A stretch of DNA of 64,000 nucleotides from an uncultured Actinomycetes bacterium (lineage in GTDB: Bacteria > Actinomycetota > UBA4738 > HRBIN12): contig CAVZKB010000012.1 of NCBI GenBank assembly GCA_963775755.1, positions 31,868-95,867 on the forward strand, given 5' to 3'. Below, in pieces: positions 1 to 9,735 of the stretch (the stretch's first letter is position 1; the number at the start of each line of letters is the position of its first letter). The position numbers and the translations under genes are program-made. Below the pieces are notes generated by a model that worked only from the letters and a program-made list of their open reading frames with translations, was not told the origin of the DNA and did no database searches.

Positions 1-589
1 CCGATGCCCGTGTACGACGACCTTCCGACCGTGGTCGTCCCTCCGCTTGTTGACGCTGTCACACCCGAGTCCATGGCCGATGCCGACCTGGAGACCCTCC
101 CGGTCCCGACCGTCCACGAGGTCGTCGAGGAGGTCGTCGTGGAGGTCGAGGAGGCCGAACCGTCTCAGCCAAAGGTCGAGGTCTCGCCACCGGCGCCAGA
201 ACCGGCCCCAGAACCGGCGCCTAGGCCTCCGGCTCCCTCCGCATCCGCGCCGAAGACGAAGCCCGAGGTCGCCGACGTTCTTGCCTCCCCCCGTCGACGA
301 TGACGATGTCTGGGAGGACTCCGACGAGCCCATCCCACCCAGCGAGCCGCCGCCGGTTGGCGATCAGGAGCCTTCCCCTGCTCAAGCCCCACCCGCGCAC
401 CTTCCTGAACGACGGGTGGTGGTCATCGACGAGGACGCCGAACTGCAACCGTCCTCCAGGCCCTCCTCCTCGGGCGTAGCCGACGACGAGCCGGTCTCAC
501 CACCGGCCGTGGCCTCGATCGGCGCCACCCTGGAGGAAGAGGGCCACGGCAAGCGCCGATGGCGACTGTTCCGCAAGGGAGGCGAATGA
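1..589 (+). CDS. 3' end of the gene upstream of parB (probably ParA with a long acidic Pro-rich tail); frameshift in a C6 run at about 287-292
   Basis: ORFs 4-303 and 47-589 join into one acidic/Pro-rich sequence (…DVLASP/VDDDDVWED…) if one C is removed. The stop overlaps the parB start. The parA identity is inferred from synteny only. Confidence 0.5.
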   Translation, partial: RCPCTTTFRPWSSLRLLTLSHPSPWPMPTWRPSRSRPSTRSSRRSSWRSRRPNRLSQRSRSRHRRQNRPQNRRLGLRLPPHPRRRRSPRSPTFLPPPVDDDDVWEDSDEPIPPSEPPPVGDQEPSPAQAPPAHLPERRVVVIDEDAELQPSSRPSSSGVADDEPVSPPAVASIGATLEEEGHGKRRWRLFRKGGE

Positions 590-1476
590 TGTCGAAACGA
601 GGGGGATTGGGCCGGGGCCTTTCTGCATTGATCCCGGGGGCGCCGGAGTCAGGGGAGGCCTTAGGATTGCTGGAGGTGCCCGTCAATGCGGTGTCCCCCA
701 ACCCGAAGCAGCCGAGAACTCGCTTCGACGACGAGGCGATCGGCTCGCTGGCTGCCTCGATCCGGGAGGTCGGGATCCTTCAGCCGATCGTCGTTCGCAA
801 GGCGGGCGCCGGCTACGAGCTGATCGCCGGTGAGCGTCGCTTGCGCGCCGCCAAGGTCGCCGGTCTGGCCACGATCCCGGTCGTGGTCCGCGACACCGAT
901 GACGCCGACACGCTCCGGGAGGCGTTGATCGAGAACATCCACCGTGAGGACCTGGGTCCGATCGAGCTGGCAGAGGCGTTCCGGCAACTGCTCGAGGAGC
1001 TCGGTCTGAAGCAGGAGGAGCTCGCCGACCGCGTCGGCGTCTCCCGGTCCCACGTGGCGAACACCATCCGACTGCTGCAGCTTCCGCTCGATGTCCAGCA
1101 GTTGCTCACCGACGGGAAGCTTCAGGCGGGCCACGCCCGCGCCTTGCTGGCGCTCGGCGACGCCGATGCCCAGAACACCCTGGCTCTGCGAACGGTCGCC
1201 GAGGACCTGACGGTACGCGACGTGGAAGACCTCGTCCGCCGGTACGTGGACGGGCCTGCGGAGAAGCCCGCCAAGGCCGAGGCCGTCGACCCGCCGCCCT
1301 CGGATACGACGATGTCCGAGGTGGAGGAGATCTTGTCCGAGCAGCTCGCGACCAGGGTGCAGATCCAGATGGGGAAGAAGCGAGGGCGCGTCGTGATCGA
1401 GTTCGGGTCGGCCGACGACCTCGAGCGCATCGTGTCCGAGATCATCGGCTCGGGACCGGGGCTCGCGCCGGACTGA
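586..1476 (+). CDS. parB: Chromosome partitioning protein ParB
   Basis: N-terminal KRGGLGRGLSALIP, PNPKQPR, GILQPIVVR, IAGERRLRA, ENIHREDL, HTH; GGGAGG RBS. Confidence 0.96.
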   Translation: MMSKRGGLGRGLSALIPGAPESGEALGLLEVPVNAVSPNPKQPRTRFDDEAIGSLAASIREVGILQPIVVRKAGAGYELIAGERRLRAAKVAGLATIPVVVRDTDDADTLREALIENIHREDLGPIELAEAFRQLLEELGLKQEELADRVGVSRSHVANTIRLLQLPLDVQQLLTDGKLQAGHARALLALGDADAQNTLALRTVAEDLTVRDVEDLVRRYVDGPAEKPAKAEAVDPPPSDTTMSEVEEILSEQLATRVQIQMGKKRGRVVIEFGSADDLERIVSEIIGSGPGLAPD

Positions 1477-1631
1477 TCCCGGTCTACTGGGTGCGATCCG
1501 GACCGGGTGCTGGATCTGGCGGTTCGTACGCAGGAACGGGCGAAGACGGGATCGGCGGGCTCGCCCAACGGGGCCAAACTAGTCTGACTCACACTAGTCT
1601 CCCCGGATATCCCGCTCATCACGCCTCAGAC

Positions 1632-2564
1632 TCAGCGTGAGCCGGCTGAACCCAGGACGCGCTCGCAGAGCTCGGTGAGCGACCATCCGGCGGCCTGCGC
1701 GGCCATCGGGAGCAGGCTCGTCTCCGTCATCCCGGGGGAGACGTTCACCTCGAGCACCCACGGTGTGCCGCCCGGGTCGACCAACGTGTCCACCCGGGCT
1801 ACGTCGAGGAGGTGGAGCCCTTCGGCGGCTCGCAAGGCCTGTTCGGTGCAGGCGGCCGCGATCTCCGCGGATACCCTCGCCGGCGCGAAGTACTCGGTCG
1901 CCCCGGCCGTGTACCGGGACGCGTAGTCGAACACCCCGCTCTTGGGCACGATCTCCACCAGCGGCAGCGCTTCCGGGGGCGACCCGACCACGCCGATGGC
2001 GAGTTCCGAGCCCTCGACCTTGGCTTCAACGATGGCGGCGCCGGCGAACGACAGGGCCGCCATGACGGCTGTGGCCAGGTCGGATGCTCGTTCGACGAAG
2101 CTCACGCCCAGCGCCGACCCCGATCGGGACGGCTTGACCACGCACGGAAGCCCGACGCGATCCGTCACGCGACCCAGCGCCGCGCCGGCGCCCAGATCGC
2201 GCAGCGCCCACCCTTCCACGACCACCCAATCGGGGGTCGTGACGCCGGCCCGCACCAAGGCGTCCTTCGCCAGGACCTTGTCGAACGCTACCTCGCAATC
2301 GAACGGCGCGGTCCCGGTGTAGGGGATCTGGAGCAGATCGAGGAGGCGCTGCACGGTGCCGTCCTCGCCCTCTTTTCCGTGCAGCGTCAGGTAGCAGATG
2401 TCGGGCGCGTGTTCCCGGAGCGCCTCGACGAGCGGCAGCTCGCCGGGGTCCACCAACCACGCGTCGTGACCACCTTCGATGAGGGCGTGGCTCACACGGT
2501 GACCGGAACGGAGCGACACGTCGCGTTCCGGCGTTCGCCCGCCGGCGATGACCGCGACCCTCAT
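1632..2564 (-). CDS. ddl: D-alanine--D-alanine ligase family protein
   Basis: GGRTPERDVSLRSG, LHGKEGEDG, VKPSRSGSALGV, EVNVSPG motifs. Confidence 0.92.
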   Translation of the reverse strand: MRVAVIAGGRTPERDVSLRSGHRVSHALIEGGHDAWLVDPGELPLVEALREHAPDICYLTLHGKEGEDGTVQRLLDLLQIPYTGTAPFDCEVAFDKVLAKDALVRAGVTTPDWVVVEGWALRDLGAGAALGRVTDRVGLPCVVKPSRSGSALGVSFVERASDLATAVMAALSFAGAAIVEAKVEGSELAIGVVGSPPEALPLVEIVPKSGVFDYASRYTAGATEYFAPARVSAEIAAACTEQALRAAEGLHLLDVARVDTLVDPGGTPWVLEVNVSPGMTETSLLPMAAQAAGWSLTELCERVLGSAGSR

Positions 2565-3787
2565 GGATGCAGGGACCGGTAGAGCCGCTCTTCGTCCTCG
2601 AGCAGCGCGCCGAGCCGGGCGATGCCTTCGCGGATCCGTTCCTCGGTCGGGTAGCAGAACGCCAGCCGCATCTGGTTGCGTCCGCGTCCGTCCGGATAGA
2701 ACGCCGTGCCGGGCACGTACGCCACGCGACGTTCCACCGCGGCCGCCAACATCGCTTGCGCGTCAACCCATCCGGGCAGAGTGACCCAGACGTAGAAGCC
2801 ACCGGCGGGCCGCGTCCACGTGGCGTCGGCGGGGAAGTGCTCCGGCAACGCCTCCAGCATGGCGTCGCGGCGGAGCCGGTACAGGTCGACGAACGTCGAC
2901 AGGTTCTCGCGCCAGCGGTCGCCCGCGAAGTAGCGCTCGGTGACGAGCATGGTGAACGACGAGCCGCAGAGATCGGCCGCCTCTTTCGCGAGCACCAGTC
3001 GCTGAACGACGCTCTGTTCTGCGAGTGCCCAGCCGACGCGAACCCCTGGGGAGAACACCTTCGACACTGTGCCGAGGTAGATCACGTTCTCCGGATCCAT
3101 CGATCGCAGGCAGGGGAGCGCATCGCCCTCGAATCGGAGCAGGCCGTACGGGTCGTCCTCGATGATCGGGATCCCTGCCTCGCGACAGAGCGCCACCAAC
3201 TGCTCTCGCCGCCGGAGCGACATCGTGACGCCGGCCGGGTTCCCGAAGTTCGGCACCGTGTACACGAACTTCGGACGCTCTCCGTGAACGAGTGCCTCCT
3301 CGAGTCGGTCGACGATCATCCCGTCCGCGTCGAGGTCGATCTGCAGGTAGCGCGGCTGGTATGCACCGAACGCCGTGAGCGCGCCGACGTACGCCGGTGC
3401 CTCGACAGCGATCAGGTCCCCCGGATCGATGAAGATCTTGCCGATCAGATCGAGCGCCTGCTGGGCGCCGGTCGTGATGACCATGTCATCGGGGTCCGCC
3501 TCGACACCCTCGTCTGCCATGAGCGGGATCAGCCGTTCGCGCAGCGAGAGGTGCCCTTGCCCCCCCGCATACTGCAGGATCGTCGAGCCATGGACGTCGA
3601 GCGCGTCGGCGACCACCGCCAGCAGGTCCTCGGGCGGCAAGGCCTGCACGTAGGGCATCCCGCCCGCGAACGAGACGATCTCGGGACGGGAGGCCACGGC
3701 GAACAGCGCGCGCACCTCGGACGCGGCCATGCCCGCGGCGCGTTCCGCGTACAGTTCGACGAATCGATCGATGGAGAACTCGGCCAT
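2561..3787 (-). CDS. PLP-dependent aminotransferase (class I/II, LysN/MocR-like)
   Basis: SFAGGMP, TTGAQQAL, PNFGNPAG, EDDPYG, TVSKVFSPGVRVGW; ATGA overlap with ddl. Confidence 0.92.
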   Translation of the reverse strand: MAEFSIDRFVELYAERAAGMAASEVRALFAVASRPEIVSFAGGMPYVQALPPEDLLAVVADALDVHGSTILQYAGGQGHLSLRERLIPLMADEGVEADPDDMVITTGAQQALDLIGKIFIDPGDLIAVEAPAYVGALTAFGAYQPRYLQIDLDADGMIVDRLEEALVHGERPKFVYTVPNFGNPAGVTMSLRRREQLVALCREAGIPIIEDDPYGLLRFEGDALPCLRSMDPENVIYLGTVSKVFSPGVRVGWALAEQSVVQRLVLAKEAADLCGSSFTMLVTERYFAGDRWRENLSTFVDLYRLRRDAMLEALPEHFPADATWTRPAGGFYVWVTLPGWVDAQAMLAAAVERRVAYVPGTAFYPDGRGRNQMRLAFCYPTEERIREGIARLGALLEDEERLYRSLHP

Positions 3788-3842
3788 GGGAAGGATCAAA
3801 GCCTAGCATCGGCCCAGGCAGGCCCCGCCGTAGCCGGGAGGT

Positions 3843-4358
3843 CTAGTCCCCCGTGCGGCCGTCGATCGATTCGCGCATGATGTCGGCGTGGCCGAGGTGG
3901 CGCGCGTACTCCTCGATCATGTGGATCATGATCCAGCGCAACGACCGACCCTTCGCGCGCGGATCGGCGGCGATGTCGTCGAACGATGATGCGCGCGTCG
4001 CGATCGCCGTGGCCCGAGCCACCTCGTCTTCATGCAGCGCGAGGATGGCCTCGGCCGAGTCGTCGGGTTCCACGCGGAAGTCCGCGTCGGGGTCCTCGTC
4101 GGTCCACGGCGGGTCGATCCCATCCTCGCCCGCGAACGCGACCCGGAACCACCAGCGCTCGACGTAGGCCAGGTGCTTCAGGATGCCCAGCAACGTCAGG
4201 CCCGACGGCGTCATCACACGGCGCAGGCTGTCGTCGTCCAACTCGCCGACCTTCCGCCAGAGCACGGTCCGCTGGTAGTCGAGGAACTCCGTGAGCAGCA
4301 GGCGCTCGTCGCCGGTGAGGTCCGGATCCGACGGCGCGGCGGGCGAGGGTAGCGTCAT
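3843..4358 (-). CDS. DinB family (DUF664) protein
   Basis: LLGILKHLAYVERWWF and SLRWIMIHMIEEYARHLGHAD motifs. Confidence 0.9.
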   Translation of the reverse strand: MTLPSPAAPSDPDLTGDERLLLTEFLDYQRTVLWRKVGELDDDSLRRVMTPSGLTLLGILKHLAYVERWWFRVAFAGEDGIDPPWTDEDPDADFRVEPDDSAEAILALHEDEVARATAIATRASSFDDIAADPRAKGRSLRWIMIHMIEEYARHLGHADIMRESIDGRTGD

Positions 4359-5311
4359 CTCTCCACCTTCGGGAACACTTGTGTGGCAAGGAGTTCCAGC
4401 ATCTCGATGTCATCGTAGAGACCGTGGTTCAGCATGATTCGTTGCACGCCCGCATCCGCGTACTCGGAGAGCCGTTGGATCGCGCGATCGGGCGTCCCGA
4501 CGATGCAGTCCGCCTCGATGTCAGACCGATACGCGTCGAACGGACCCGCTGACGGATCCTGCGACCTCGCGCGCTCCAGCTTCGCGAGGTACTCGTCTTC
4601 GGTGCGGGCGACGAACACCCATGTCATCAACGACGTCACCAACGAGTCGGGTTCGCGGCCGGCGGCCTCGACCCCGTCGCGAGCCCGCCCGAATCGTTCC
4701 CGGACCTGTCCGGGGGCGCCACCGACCGTGTTGAACTCGTCGGCCCACGCGCCGATCAGCCGTTGCATCCACGGTCCCACCTTCGTGCCTCCGAGCACGA
4801 TGGGCGGACGGGGACGCTGCACCGGCTTCGGCAAGAACTCGGCATCCGCGAGCGCGTAGTGACGCCCTTCGAACGAGACGCGGTCTTCCGTCAGCAAACG
4901 GTGCACGATCTCGAGTTGCTCCTCGAGCATCTCGAACCGCTCGCGCGTCGGCGGGAACGGCAGCCCGAACTGCGTGTGCTCCTCGGTCCACCACCCGGCG
5001 CCCAGGCCGATCTCGACTCGCCCACCGGAGATCTCGTCGACGGTCGCGGCGGACTTCGCGAGCACGGACGGGAGGCGGAACGTCACCGGTGATACGAGGG
5101 TTCCCAACCGGATGCGTTCGGTGCGCGCAGCGAGCGCGGCGAGGAGCGTCCACGCATCGGTGGACCCCCGCCCGCCGACCCCGCTGCCGCCGAAGTAGTG
5201 GTCCGAACGGAAGAGCCCCTCGAACCCCAGACGCTCGGCGCCCTCCGCGAGCGCGAGCCACTGGTCCCAGGTCACGCCCTCTTGGCCCTCGATCATCAGG
5301 CAGAAACGCAC
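4355..5311 (-). CDS. LLM-class F420-dependent oxidoreductase
   Basis: GLFRSDHY, RIRLGTLVSPVTFR, SGGRVEIGLGAGW, PKPVQRPRPPI; leaderless GTG after TATGCT. Confidence 0.92.
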   Translation of the reverse strand: MRFCLMIEGQEGVTWDQWLALAEGAERLGFEGLFRSDHYFGGSGVGGRGSTDAWTLLAALAARTERIRLGTLVSPVTFRLPSVLAKSAATVDEISGGRVEIGLGAGWWTEEHTQFGLPFPPTRERFEMLEEQLEIVHRLLTEDRVSFEGRHYALADAEFLPKPVQRPRPPIVLGGTKVGPWMQRLIGAWADEFNTVGGAPGQVRERFGRARDGVEAAGREPDSLVTSLMTWVFVARTEDEYLAKLERARSQDPSAGPFDAYRSDIEADCIVGTPDRAIQRLSEYADAGVQRIMLNHGLYDDIEMLELLATQVFPKVER

Positions 5312-5332
5312 GGCGCGTAGCATAGTCGCGCC

Positions 5333-5446
5333 GTGTCACGGGAGCCGATCGTCCCCACCGAACGACAGCGCGCGATCAAGGCGCTGGTTTCCGGTGCGCT
5401 GCTCGGGATGATGCTCGCCCTCTCGGCCCGGCGCCGTCGGGCGTAG
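5333..5446 (+). CDS. Putative 37-aa membrane microprotein (MSREPIVPTERQRAIKALVSGALLGMMLALSARRRRA)
   Basis: GTG just after a -10-like element; one hydrophobic stretch followed by a basic tail; fills the intergenic gap. Confidence 0.5.
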   Translation: MSREPIVPTERQRAIKALVSGALLGMMLALSARRRRA

Positions 5447-5456
5447 TCGTTCCGGT

Positions 5457-6452
5457 TCAGCCCGCGAAGAACCGACGGAGCGCATCGGCCACGGCACGCG
5501 CGATCCGAGGGATCTCGGCCTCCGTGGTCACGCATGGTTGGATCTGCACCGCGGGCATCCGCGTCTCGCGAAGGATCGCGTCCGTGAGCGGCTCCAGGCG
5601 CCCCGAGGATCCAGGCGCCCGATCCAGTTCCTCGAGCACCAGCTCCGCCAGTCGCTTGCCAGCCGGGGAGTGCGTCGACACGCTCCCGAAATACGAGCAC
5701 GCCGGCCCGCCGGCCCGCGATCCCGCGGCGGCGACCTGCAGCGAGATGCATGCCGTGGCGGTCAGCTCGTTCGCTGCGCGGGCCATGTCGGAGGGACCGG
5801 ACTGATCGTCTCGCTCCAGCACCACGGGCTTCGCGCCCATCCCCGTGAGCTCGTCGGCGAGCACCGCAGCGATCCGTTGCTCGATCGCGTCGTCGTTCGG
5901 CCCGCCGGACCCGGCGTCGATCGCGATCACCTGTCCTTGGATCGACGAGCGCATCGCGCGCACGGATTCGGCTTCCCGCACCACCGCGCGGCCGGGGCCC
6001 GATTCTGTGGGACGCATCCGCTCGAGGGTCGAGATGGTCTCGATGCCGACGATGCCGTCGGGTTCCTCGCCGACGTTCTGCTGGAACTCCCGCACGGCTC
6101 GGTCGGTGAGCGTCCCGAAGAGACCGTCCTCCTTCCCGGCGTCGAACCCGAGCGCGTTCAGCTTGCGTTGGAGGGCGCTGACGTCGTCGCCACGATGGAG
6201 AGGGGAGCGCAGGTACAGGGTGCGATCGCCCAGGTGGTAGCCGGCTTCGACGAGCTGGCCCCACGTGTCGGGTCCGACCCGGCCGTCGATGCGCAGGCTG
6301 CGGCGCTCCTGGAACGCGCGCACCGCCGCGTCCGTCGAGGGTCCGAACGTCCCGTCGAGCTCGGCGAACTCGATGTGCCAGCCGAGCGCGATCAGGCGTT
6401 GTTGGATGTCTCGGACCTCGGCGCCGTGGTCGTGCAGGAGGAAGGTACGCAC
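5457..6452 (-). CDS. cwlM: CwlM-like protein: two peptidoglycan-binding domains + degenerate Amidase_3
   Basis: [16 protein letters not shown] and [18 protein letters not shown]-binding repeats; LRETRMPAV; position next to trxA. Confidence 0.85.
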   Translation of the reverse strand: MRTFLLHDHGAEVRDIQQRLIALGWHIEFAELDGTFGPSTDAAVRAFQERRSLRIDGRVGPDTWGQLVEAGYHLGDRTLYLRSPLHRGDDVSALQRKLNALGFDAGKEDGLFGTLTDRAVREFQQNVGEEPDGIVGIETISTLERMRPTESGPGRAVVREAESVRAMRSSIQGQVIAIDAGSGGPNDDAIEQRIAAVLADELTGMGAKPVVLERDDQSGPSDMARAANELTATACISLQVAAAGSRAGGPACSYFGSVSTHSPAGKRLAELVLEELDRAPGSSGRLEPLTDAILRETRMPAVQIQPCVTTEAEIPRIARAVADALRRFFAG

Positions 6453-6510
6453 GCGGTCCAGTCTCCGCCGCCCTGCGGAGGGCGGCAACCGCGCCGGTGG
6501 ATACGGTGAC

Positions 6511-6852
6511 TCAGATGACCGGTTGTGGCTCCAGGTGCGGTTCGACATCCCTCAAGATCGCGTCCTTGGGCCTGGCGCCCACCACCCGCGCGACCTCCTT
6601 GCCGCCCTTGAACAGGATCAGGGAGGGGATGCTCATGACCCCGTACGTGCGGGTGGCCTCCGGGTTGTCGTCGATGTTGAGCTTCGCGAGCTTCAGCGAT
6701 TCGCCCTTCTCGGAGGCGATCTCCTCGACCACCGGGGAGACCATGTGGCAGGGCACGCACCATTCCGCCCAGAAATCGACCAGTACCGGTGTTTCGGAAT
6801 CGAGGACGTTCGATTGGAAGTCCGCATCGTTCACGCTGCCGATGTTCGCCAT
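6511..6852 (-). CDS. trxA: Thioredoxin
   Basis: [28 protein letters not shown]. Confidence 0.95.
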   Translation of the reverse strand: MANIGSVNDADFQSNVLDSETPVLVDFWAEWCVPCHMVSPVVEEIASEKGESLKLAKLNIDDNPEATRTYGVMSIPSLILFKGGKEVARVVGARPKDAILRDVEPHLEPQPVI

Positions 6853-6913
6853 CAGATGTCGCTCCTTTCGGGGCGGACCCGCGCTCGGATCGGCGTGGGC
6901 GTCGCCATGGTTC

Positions 6914-6940
6914 CAACCTCTCTCGTGCGCGAGGGATTCC
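6914..6940 (-). promoter_or_regulatory. SigR/SigH-type thiol-stress promoter (GGAAT-N18-GTTG) upstream of trxA
   Basis: Minus strand reads GGAAT ccctcgcgcacgagagag GTTG, matching the actinobacterial SigR/SigH consensus; trx genes are known targets. Confidence 0.7.
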
Positions 6941-6943
6941 CGG

Positions 6944-7879
6944 TCATCCCGAAGCGTGGGCCTCGGCCTCCAAGAACCGCTCGGCGTCGATCGCCGCCTT
7001 GCATCCTTGTCCCGCGGCGGTGACGGCCTGACGATAGATCGTGTCGGTGACGTCTCCCGCGGCGAAGACTCCCTCCACGTTCGTCGTCGTCCGTGGCTCC
7101 TGCACGAGGATGTAGCCATCCTGGAGCTGGAGCTGACCCTCGAACAGTCCGGTATTCGGGGTGTGACCGATGGCCATGAAGACACCGTCGGCGCGGAACG
7201 AGCTCAGCTCGCCGGTTCCCACGTGACGGAGCGTCACCCCCGTGACGGCGTCGTCCCCCTCGATCTCGTCGACGACCGTGTCCCAGACCACCTCGATCTT
7301 GGGATTCGCGAGCGCGCGGTCGACCATGATCGGCGATGCGCGGAACTCGTTGCGCCGGTGCACGATGGTCACCTTGCTGGCGAACTTGGTGAGGAACGTC
7401 GCCTCCTCCATCGCCGTGTCGCCGCCGCCCACGACCACCAGCTCGCGGTCTCGGAAGAAGAAGCCGTCGCAGGTGGCGCACGCGCTCACGCCTCGACCGC
7501 GGAGCTTCTCCTCACCGGGGACGTTCAGCCACTTGGCGCTCGCACCCGTGGCGACGATCAGCGTCTTGGCTCGCCATTCCTGATCGCCGGCCCACACCCC
7601 GAACGGGCGGCTGGACAGATCGACGCGGGTCACGTGCACGGGCAGGATCTCGGCGCCGAAACGAGCCGCCTGCTTCTCCATCTGCTCCATCAGCTCGGGG
7701 CCGAGGATCCCGTCGACGAAACCCGGGTAGTTCTCGACATCCGTGGTCAGCATCAGCTGCCCCCCGGCGTTCAGACCCTTGAGCACGAGGGGCGCGAGGT
7801 TGGCGCGAGCGGCATACAGGGCGGCGGTGTAACCCGCTGGGCCCGACCCGATCACGATCACGTTGCGCGTGTCCATCAT
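6944..7879 (-). CDS. trxB: Thioredoxin reductase
   Basis: [45 protein letters not shown]. Confidence 0.97.
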   Translation of the reverse strand: MMDTRNVIVIGSGPAGYTAALYAARANLAPLVLKGLNAGGQLMLTTDVENYPGFVDGILGPELMEQMEKQAARFGAEILPVHVTRVDLSSRPFGVWAGDQEWRAKTLIVATGASAKWLNVPGEEKLRGRGVSACATCDGFFFRDRELVVVGGGDTAMEEATFLTKFASKVTIVHRRNEFRASPIMVDRALANPKIEVVWDTVVDEIEGDDAVTGVTLRHVGTGELSSFRADGVFMAIGHTPNTGLFEGQLQLQDGYILVQEPRTTTNVEGVFAAGDVTDTIYRQAVTAAGQGCKAAIDAERFLEAEAHASG

Positions 7880-7943
7880 CGTGTCCAATCCTCCCATAGG
7901 GGGAAACACGCGCCTATTCCCTCCCTCGCGGAGGAGGTCGCGG

Positions 7944-8708
7944 CTACAGCTGCGCGGAGGAGAAGGAGAGGATCCGGCAGTCGTCCGTGGCGAAGACCCA
8001 CACGGTGACCGCGTCGGGCGGCTGCCCCGCCCCCGGGCCTTCCAGGAACACGGCGAGATACGCGGGCGTCCCTTGGAACCGTGCCCGGATGAGGCTTTGA
8101 ACCACTCCGCTCTGATCGGGCGCCGACTTCGCGACGCAAGCGAGCGCCTTGTCGGTTTGGGCCTGGCTCCCGGACTCCGTGGCCGGAGCGGCGGCCGTCG
8201 CGAGCGGCGCTCCGCCCGAGGTGTCGCTCTGATACGACGAGGTCAGCGTGGCCAGCGACGTGTTGTCGTAGTTCACGTGCTGGATCTCGATGAGCGAGCC
8301 GGCGACGGCCGTTGCCTCGCGCGCGCCTCCGGCGGGGGCCTCGGCCTTGCCGTTGGCGGCATCGGCACCGGACCGCTGGCTCTGGCCGATGTGAGGCAGG
8401 ACCAGCGTGAATACCAGGAGCGCCGCCGCAGCCGCCGCGACGGCTCCGCCGATCCGATACCAGCGAGGGGTTCCGGTAGAGGCGGCGGATCGCCGAACAC
8501 CTCCCGCTTCCTCGAGCGCTCGCGACGCGATCCCGAGGGGCGCGGGTTCCTCCTCCAGCGACCGCAACGACGACAGGGCGACCGCGGCGAGCTCGGTCTC
8601 CCGTCTGCATCTCGCACACGCGGCGAGATGCGCGTCGACGGCCGCCCGTTCCTTGGCGAACAGGGAGCCGTCGGTGTAGCCGGCGAGGAGCTCTTCGGGA
8701 TGCGTCAT
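7944..8708 (-). CDS. Zinc-finger (HxxxCxxC) membrane anti-sigma factor, RsmA-like
   Basis: HLAACARC, one TM helix, extracellular domain; ATGA-coupled to the ECF sigma. Confidence 0.88.
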   Translation of the reverse strand: MTHPEELLAGYTDGSLFAKERAAVDAHLAACARCRRETELAAVALSSLRSLEEEPAPLGIASRALEEAGGVRRSAASTGTPRWYRIGGAVAAAAAALLVFTLVLPHIGQSQRSGADAANGKAEAPAGGAREATAVAGSLIEIQHVNYDNTSLATLTSSYQSDTSGGAPLATAAAPATESGSQAQTDKALACVAKSAPDQSGVVQSLIRARFQGTPAYLAVFLEGPGAGQPPDAVTVWVFATDDCRILSFSSAQL

Positions 8709-9307
8709 ATCTCCCCTTCCGACGGCCGCGAGGTGGAGCCGGGTTCCCGGCCGGGGCCATCCAGACCCATCGCTCGGGCCAGCGCGATCCGCCCTCGATG
8801 GACCCGGGACTTGACCGTTCCGATGGGGACGTCGAGGACGCGGGCGATCTCCTCGTACGGCAGGTCTTGGATGTCGGCAAGGACCAACGTCACGCGGTAC
8901 TCCTCGGGGATCAGTTGCAGGGCACGGGCGACGTGGATGGAATCGACGGTGGCGTCGGCATGGTCCGCGACCGGTGGTCCGGTTTCGGGAACGGGATCGT
9001 CCTCGTCGATGACGAGGCGGAGCAGGGGTTGCCGGCGCCGCTTCCGAAGGATGTCGTAGCAGGAGTTCACGGTCACGCGGTGGAGCCACGTGGTGAACGC
9101 GGACTCGCCCCGGAACTGCGAGAGCTTGCGCAGCATGGAGACGAACGCGTCCTGCGTCGCATCGCGCGCGTCCTCAGGGTTCCCCAGGACGCGCAGAGCC
9201 ACGTTGAAGACGCGCGTCTGGTGGCGTTCGACGAGGACGGTGAATGCTCGCTCGTCTCCCGCGAGGTACTTGCCGACGAGGTCCTCGTCGCGTTCGGGTT
9301 CGGTCAC
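8705..9307 (-). CDS. sigM: ECF sigma factor (SigM-like)
   Basis: DATQDAF, FRGESAFTTWLHRVTVN, YEEIARVLDVPIGTVKSRVHRGR; synteny with murJ and trxB. Confidence 0.88.
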   Translation of the reverse strand: MTEPERDEDLVGKYLAGDERAFTVLVERHQTRVFNVALRVLGNPEDARDATQDAFVSMLRKLSQFRGESAFTTWLHRVTVNSCYDILRKRRRQPLLRLVIDEDDPVPETGPPVADHADATVDSIHVARALQLIPEEYRVTLVLADIQDLPYEEIARVLDVPIGTVKSRVHRGRIALARAMGLDGPGREPGSTSRPSEGEI

Positions 9308-9318
9308 TCGGGACAACG

Positions 9319-9735
9319 CTACAGGGCGGTCGGGCCGTTGGTCTCGGTGGCGCTCACCTTGGTGAACTTCTTCGTGAAGCTCAGGTGGCTGGCGATGATC
9401 GTCTTGGCTTCTTTGCGGACGGTGATCGTCACCACGCCCGTCTGCGCGTTGACGACGCAGCCCTTCTTCGTCAGCTTCGCCGAGGAGTCGTCCGACGCGA
9501 TCGAGGTCTCGGCGGCCTGGCACGCAGCCGCGACGTTCGGACTGGCGTGGAAGGCGTTGGCGGCTTGTGTGGAGGCGGTGCTCGCGACATCGGCGAGGCG
9601 GAACTTGGTGAACGCGATGGATCCGGCGTCGATGGCCGCGACGCCAACGAGCGCGACGACCGCGAGCCAGATGATGATCATCATGCCGACGGCACCGGTC
9701 TGGCGGTCTCGGGGCCGATCGTGGGTTGGGGTCAT
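9319..9735 (-). CDS. TadE/TadG-like pseudopilin-type membrane protein
   Basis: Basic leader ending RQTG, then a hydrophobic helix, A-rich helix and Cys pair; ATGA-coupled to murJ. Confidence 0.6.
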   Translation of the reverse strand: MTPTHDRPRDRQTGAVGMMIIIWLAVVALVGVAAIDAGSIAFTKFRLADVASTASTQAANAFHASPNVAAACQAAETSIASDDSSAKLTKKGCVVNAQTGVVTITVRKEAKTIIASHLSFTKKFTKVSATETNGPTAL

